A stretch of DNA of 63,707 nt, the filler included, from Chiloscyllium plagiosum (taxonomy: Eukaryota): the NCBI RefSeq assembly GCF_004010195.1. It is 5 parts of one record of this genome, joined end to end, with 100 filler letters (N's around TTAATTAATTAA, not from the genome) between each part and the next. Parts side by side here need not be neighbours in the genome. Positions count along the whole stretch, not along the records: positions 59,869 to 63,707 come from NC_057710.1; 4 more parts are not named here. One strand, given 5' to 3'. A program made the translations under genes and the position numbers. The notes under the pieces were generated by a model, which was not told where the DNA came from, ran no database searches, and saw nothing but the letters and a program-made list of their open reading frames with translations. Shown here piece by piece: positions 60,076 to 63,707 of the stretch (positions are counted from its first letter, which is position 1; the number at the start of each line of letters is the position of its first letter).

Positions 60076-62210
60076 AGCCTATCCTGCACTATCTTCAACC
60101 TATCTTTGAAAGTCTCCCACATATCAAATGTGGACTTGCCTTCAAATAGCTGTGTCCAATCTACATTTCCCAGCTCCTGCCTAATTTTGATATAATTGGC
60201 CTTGGCTCAGTTCAGTATTCTTCCCTGAGGACCACTCTCATCTTTGTCTACATGTATTTTAAAACTTACAGAATTGTGGTCACTGTTCCCAAAGAAATCC
60301 CCCACCTCAACTTCTACTACCTGGTCTGGCTCATTCCCCAACACCAGGTCCAATATGGCCCCTTCCCTCGGACTATTGACGTACTGCTCTAGAAATCTCT
60401 CCTGGATGCTTCTTACAAATTCTGCCCCATCCAGACCTCTGACACTACGTGTATCCCAGTCAATGTTGGGAAAATTAAAATCTCCCATTACCACTACCCT
60501 GTTGCCTTTACATCTTTCCATAATCTGTTTACCTATTTATTCTTCTAGCTCATGCTCACTGGTGGGAGGCCTGTAATCTCGACTTAACAATGTAACTGCA
60601 CCCTTCTTATTTCTCAGCTCTACCCATAATGCCTCACCACTCAAGCCCTCCATAGTGTCCTCCTTTAGCACAGCTGTGATATTATCTCTAACCAGCAATG
60701 CAACTCCTTGCCCCCTTTTACTTACCTCCCTGTCATGTCTGAAGCATCTATATCTTGGAACATTTAGTTGCCAATCATGCCCTTCCTTCAACCAAGTCTC
60801 TGTGATTGCAATAATATCATACTCCCAGGCACCAATCCAAGCCCTAAGTTCATCTGCCTTACCCACTATACTCTTTGCATTAAAGTAGATGCAGTTCTTT
60901 TGCGTTCATCAGCTCTCTGCCTACTCTTCCCCTTATTAATGCTAACTTTATGATTCTTACAGTCTCCCATTTCCACCTCGCTGTCTACTTGTCTTCTCTT
61001 CTGGTTCCCAACCCCCTCCCACATTAGTTTAAAATCCTCCCAACAGCAGTAGCAAAAACTCCTCCAAGGACATTAGTTCCAGTCTGGTTCAGGCGTAGAC
61101 CATCCAACTTGTAATAGTCCCACCTTTCCCACAACTGGTCCTAATGTCCAACAAATCTGAACACCTCCCTCCTACACCATCCCTCAAGCCATGTGTTCAT
61201 CCTGCCTATTTTTTTCATTTCTACGCTGGCTAGCACGTGGCACTGGTAGTAATCCCAAGATCACTACCTTTGAGGTCCTCCTTTTTAACTTCTCTCCTCG
61301 CTCTCTGAATTCTGCTTTCAGGACCTCCTCTCAGTTTTTACTTATATCGTTGATGCCTATATGCACCAAGACAACTGGCTGTTCACCCTCTGCAGCCAAT
61401 CGGTGACATCCCTGACCCGAGCACTGGGAGGTAACATACCATCCGGGAGTCCCGTTTTCGGCCACAGAATCATCTATCTACTCCCTTCACAATAGAATCC
61501 CCTATGACTATGGCCCTACGAGTCTTTTTCTTGCCCTTCTGAACAGCAGTGCCCGCCACGGTGCCATGATCCTGGCAACTGCTGCCCTCCCCGGTGAGCC
61601 ATCTCCCCAATATTATCCAAAGCGGTATATCTGTTTTGGAGGGAGATGACCACAGGGGACACTTGCACTGCCTTCCTATTCTTTTTCTTCTGCCTTTTGG
61701 TCACCCATTCCCTGTCTTCCTCAGCAATTCTAACCTGCGATGTGACCAGTTCACTAAATGTGCTATCCTTGACCACCTCAGCATCGCAGATGCTCCACAG
61801 TGAGTCCATCTGCAGCTCCAGAGCCATCATGCGGTCAAACAAGAGCTGCAGCTGGACACATTTCTTGCCAGTGTAAGAGTCAGGAACGTCAGCTATGTCC
61901 CTGAGCTCCCACATCAAGCAAGAGGCACATGCTATGGGTCTGAGGTCCCCTGCCATTGTAAGCTTAGCTTTATGTCAACTACTAAAACCAAACAATGCAC
62001 TTAAATATATGAAAGAAAAGAAAGAGGAAAAATAAAAGCCTTACCTTACAGTGACATTTTCATCTGGTAAGAGGAGGGGCTGCAGGAGGGAGATACTACA
62101 TGTGTAGTATCTCTGGTTTAGCCGCTGACCTAATTTATACTAAGTCCTTACCTTCCCGGCACTGTCCTCGTCTCCACGAGCCCTCTGCTCTGTCTCCCGC
62201 TGCTCCCGGA
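60076..62210 (-). mobile_element. 5' half of a CR1-like LINE (same family as 11312-15414)
   Basis: ORF1 MAGDLRPIACASCLMWE...CVQLQLL, esterase AIVIGDSIVKG, and endonuclease AITETWL, GDFNFP and GNSDH. Confidence 0.9.
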
Positions 62211-62249
62211 CAGGAATAAATCTCTGCACTCTGACATTCCTGTAGTATG

Positions 62250-62862
62250 GTCTGGCCCCCTTCTGTTCTGTACCATTTCATTGATTCTATGGTTTTAAGA
62301 ACTTCTTCAGGTGGGGAGTGGTTAATCTGTGGAATTCATTGCTACAGAGGGCTGTGGAGGCCAAGTCATTGAACATATTTAATACAGAGATAGATGGGTT
62401 CTTGATGGGTAAATGAATCAAAGATTATGGGGAGAAGACAGAAGAATGGGTTTGAGAAACATACAAGCCATGATTGACGTCTCCTCATCTCAGTTCTAAA
62501 GGGTCATGCTTTCACTCTGGGACTGTGCCTTAGACCCTAGTCTCTCCTGCTAGTGGAAAGATTTTCTCCACACCCACTCTGTCCAGGCCTCTCAGTATTC
62601 TGTAAGTTTCTATTAGATCCTTCCTCATCCCTTGAAACTCAGTTTTATACAGAAACAGAATCCTCAACAGTTACTCAGATGACAAGACCTTTATCCCTGG
62701 AGTCATTCTTGTCAACCTCTGCTAGAGCCCCTCCAATGCTAACACTAACGTCCTGAGATACAGGGCTAAACACTATTCGTAATATTCCAGATCTGGTCTG
62801 ATGAGAACTTTGTACAGCCTCAGCAATACAACCCTGTCCTTGTGTTCTAACTCTCTTGAAAT
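62250..62862 (-). mobile_element. Old LINE 3' end with an internal inversion (62297-62477)
   Basis: Collinear with 54333-54795 only if 62297-62477 is reverse-complemented. Confidence 0.65.
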
Positions 62863-63315
62863 CATGAAACTACCTGAGATAGTTGCCTGCTAGAAACCAA
62901 GAAATGTCTGTCAAGTCAATAAAGACTCTCAGGTTTACTAAAGCTGCTTTGCAGATGTTGTCAGACAGTCACCAATAGAAAGTCTATCCTGTTGGTTGAC
63001 CCTGTCATTCATGGTCAAGTACAGACTCAGGTCTTCTGCATGGAGCTCAGCAGATGCCTGGGCTGTGGCAGAGCATAGAGATGATTTTTTTGTTGTGGAA
63101 CTGTTTGCTTTCTCTTTTCTGTCAGTCAGTGGCACTTTACCACAGGGAGTGACAGAACTTATCCATTGCATGACAAGTTCATACAAAGAGTAGGGCGAAA
63201 CAGCAGATACCAAGGGTTAGTGTCGGTTTGGGAGAACAAAGAAGTATCACGGGCTTGAGCAGTGCCCAGTTATTACAAAAATATGCTACATTTGTATGAT
63301 TAGAAGCCACTTGCA

Positions 63316-63545
63316 AGAACATAGAACATAGAACATAGAACATAGAACAATACAGCACAGAACAGGCCCTTCGGCCCACGATGTTGTGCCGAACATTTGT
63401 CCTAGCTTAAACACCCATCCATGTACCTATCCAATTGCCGCTTAAAGGTCACCAAAGATTCTGACTCTACCACTACCACAGGCAGCGCATTCCATGCCCC
63501 CACCACTCTGGGTTAAGAACCTACCCCTGACATCTCCCCTATACC
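63316..63545 (-). mobile_element. CR1-like LINE 3' end with a (TGTTCTA)n tail
   Basis: AGAACATAGAACATAGAACATAGAACATAGAACAATACAGC, and the frame YRGDVRGRFLTQ. Confidence 0.85.
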
Positions 63546-63707
63546 GAGGTAAAAACAATGACTGCAGATGCTGGAAACCAGATTCTGGATCAGTGGTGCT
63601 GGAAGAGCACAGCAATTCAGGCAGCATCCGAAAAGCTTCGAAATCGACGTTTCGGGCAAAAGCCCTTCATCAGGAATAAAGGCAGAGAGCCTGAAGCGTG
63701 GAGAGAT
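63546..63707 (-). mobile_element. Penelope pLTR (family B) inserted in the LINE, running off the window
   Basis: GGTAAAAACAATGACTGCAGATGCTGG terminus. Confidence 0.85.
63646..63673 (-). ncRNA. Minimal hammerhead ribozyme motif
   Basis: Minus strand: CTGATGA A GGGC-TTTT-GCCC GAAA CG TC. Confidence 0.7.

Larger units (their letters stand above)
9112..63707 (-). other. Probable last intron of the ADAMTS12-like gene, running off the window
   Basis: Manual inspection found no upstream TSP1-type exon (CS.SCGGG...C...C) on the minus strand. An exon could be hidden in an N-gap or missed by eye. Confidence 0.5.

Noticed and set aside
62938..63213. 91-aa minus-strand ORF as a possible ADAMTS exon
   Set aside because: No TSP1 or mucin-like pattern and no convincing splice sites.
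63316..63349. (TAGAACA)n tandem repeat as a CRISPR-like or satellite array
   Set aside because: It is the ordinary 3' terminal repeat of a CR1-type LINE, with no spacers.
9112..63707. Strand bias of LINE insertions within the intron
   Set aside because: About equal numbers are found on each strand.

Overview
Eukaryotic, repeat-dense vertebrate DNA, most likely from a shark (inferred from HE1-like tRNA-SINEs, CR1/HER1-like LINEs and Penelope-like elements). It is a draft assembly with six N-gaps, four of which carry an artificial TTAATTAATTAA spacer. I can support only one host coding segment, and the ORF track misses it: a minus-strand terminal exon (8930-9111) encoding a six-cysteine PLAC domain of the ADAMTS7/12 clade, most like ADAMTS12. 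Everything to its right looks like one large intron filled with nested retroelements: CR1-type LINEs (one near full length), SINEs, a Tx1/L1-like 3' end, a solo LTR, a young CpG-rich LTR-like insertion and many Penelope-like fragments. A TIR-bounded MITE lies to the left of the exon. The most interesting signal is about 17 minimal hammerhead-ribozyme-like motifs (CUGANGA-A-helix II-GAAA-NN-UH; roughly 7 with intact cores) in the Penelope 3' repeats. Their helix II co-varies across four repeat families. Several sit in 90-300 bp inserts flanked by target-site duplications (TSDs), some with inverted ends, and with 5' breakpoints clustered at the ribozyme core. Nearly all long ORFs in the track are decayed retroelement pieces or their antisense shadows. 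Repeat boundaries without a stated TSD are approximate.
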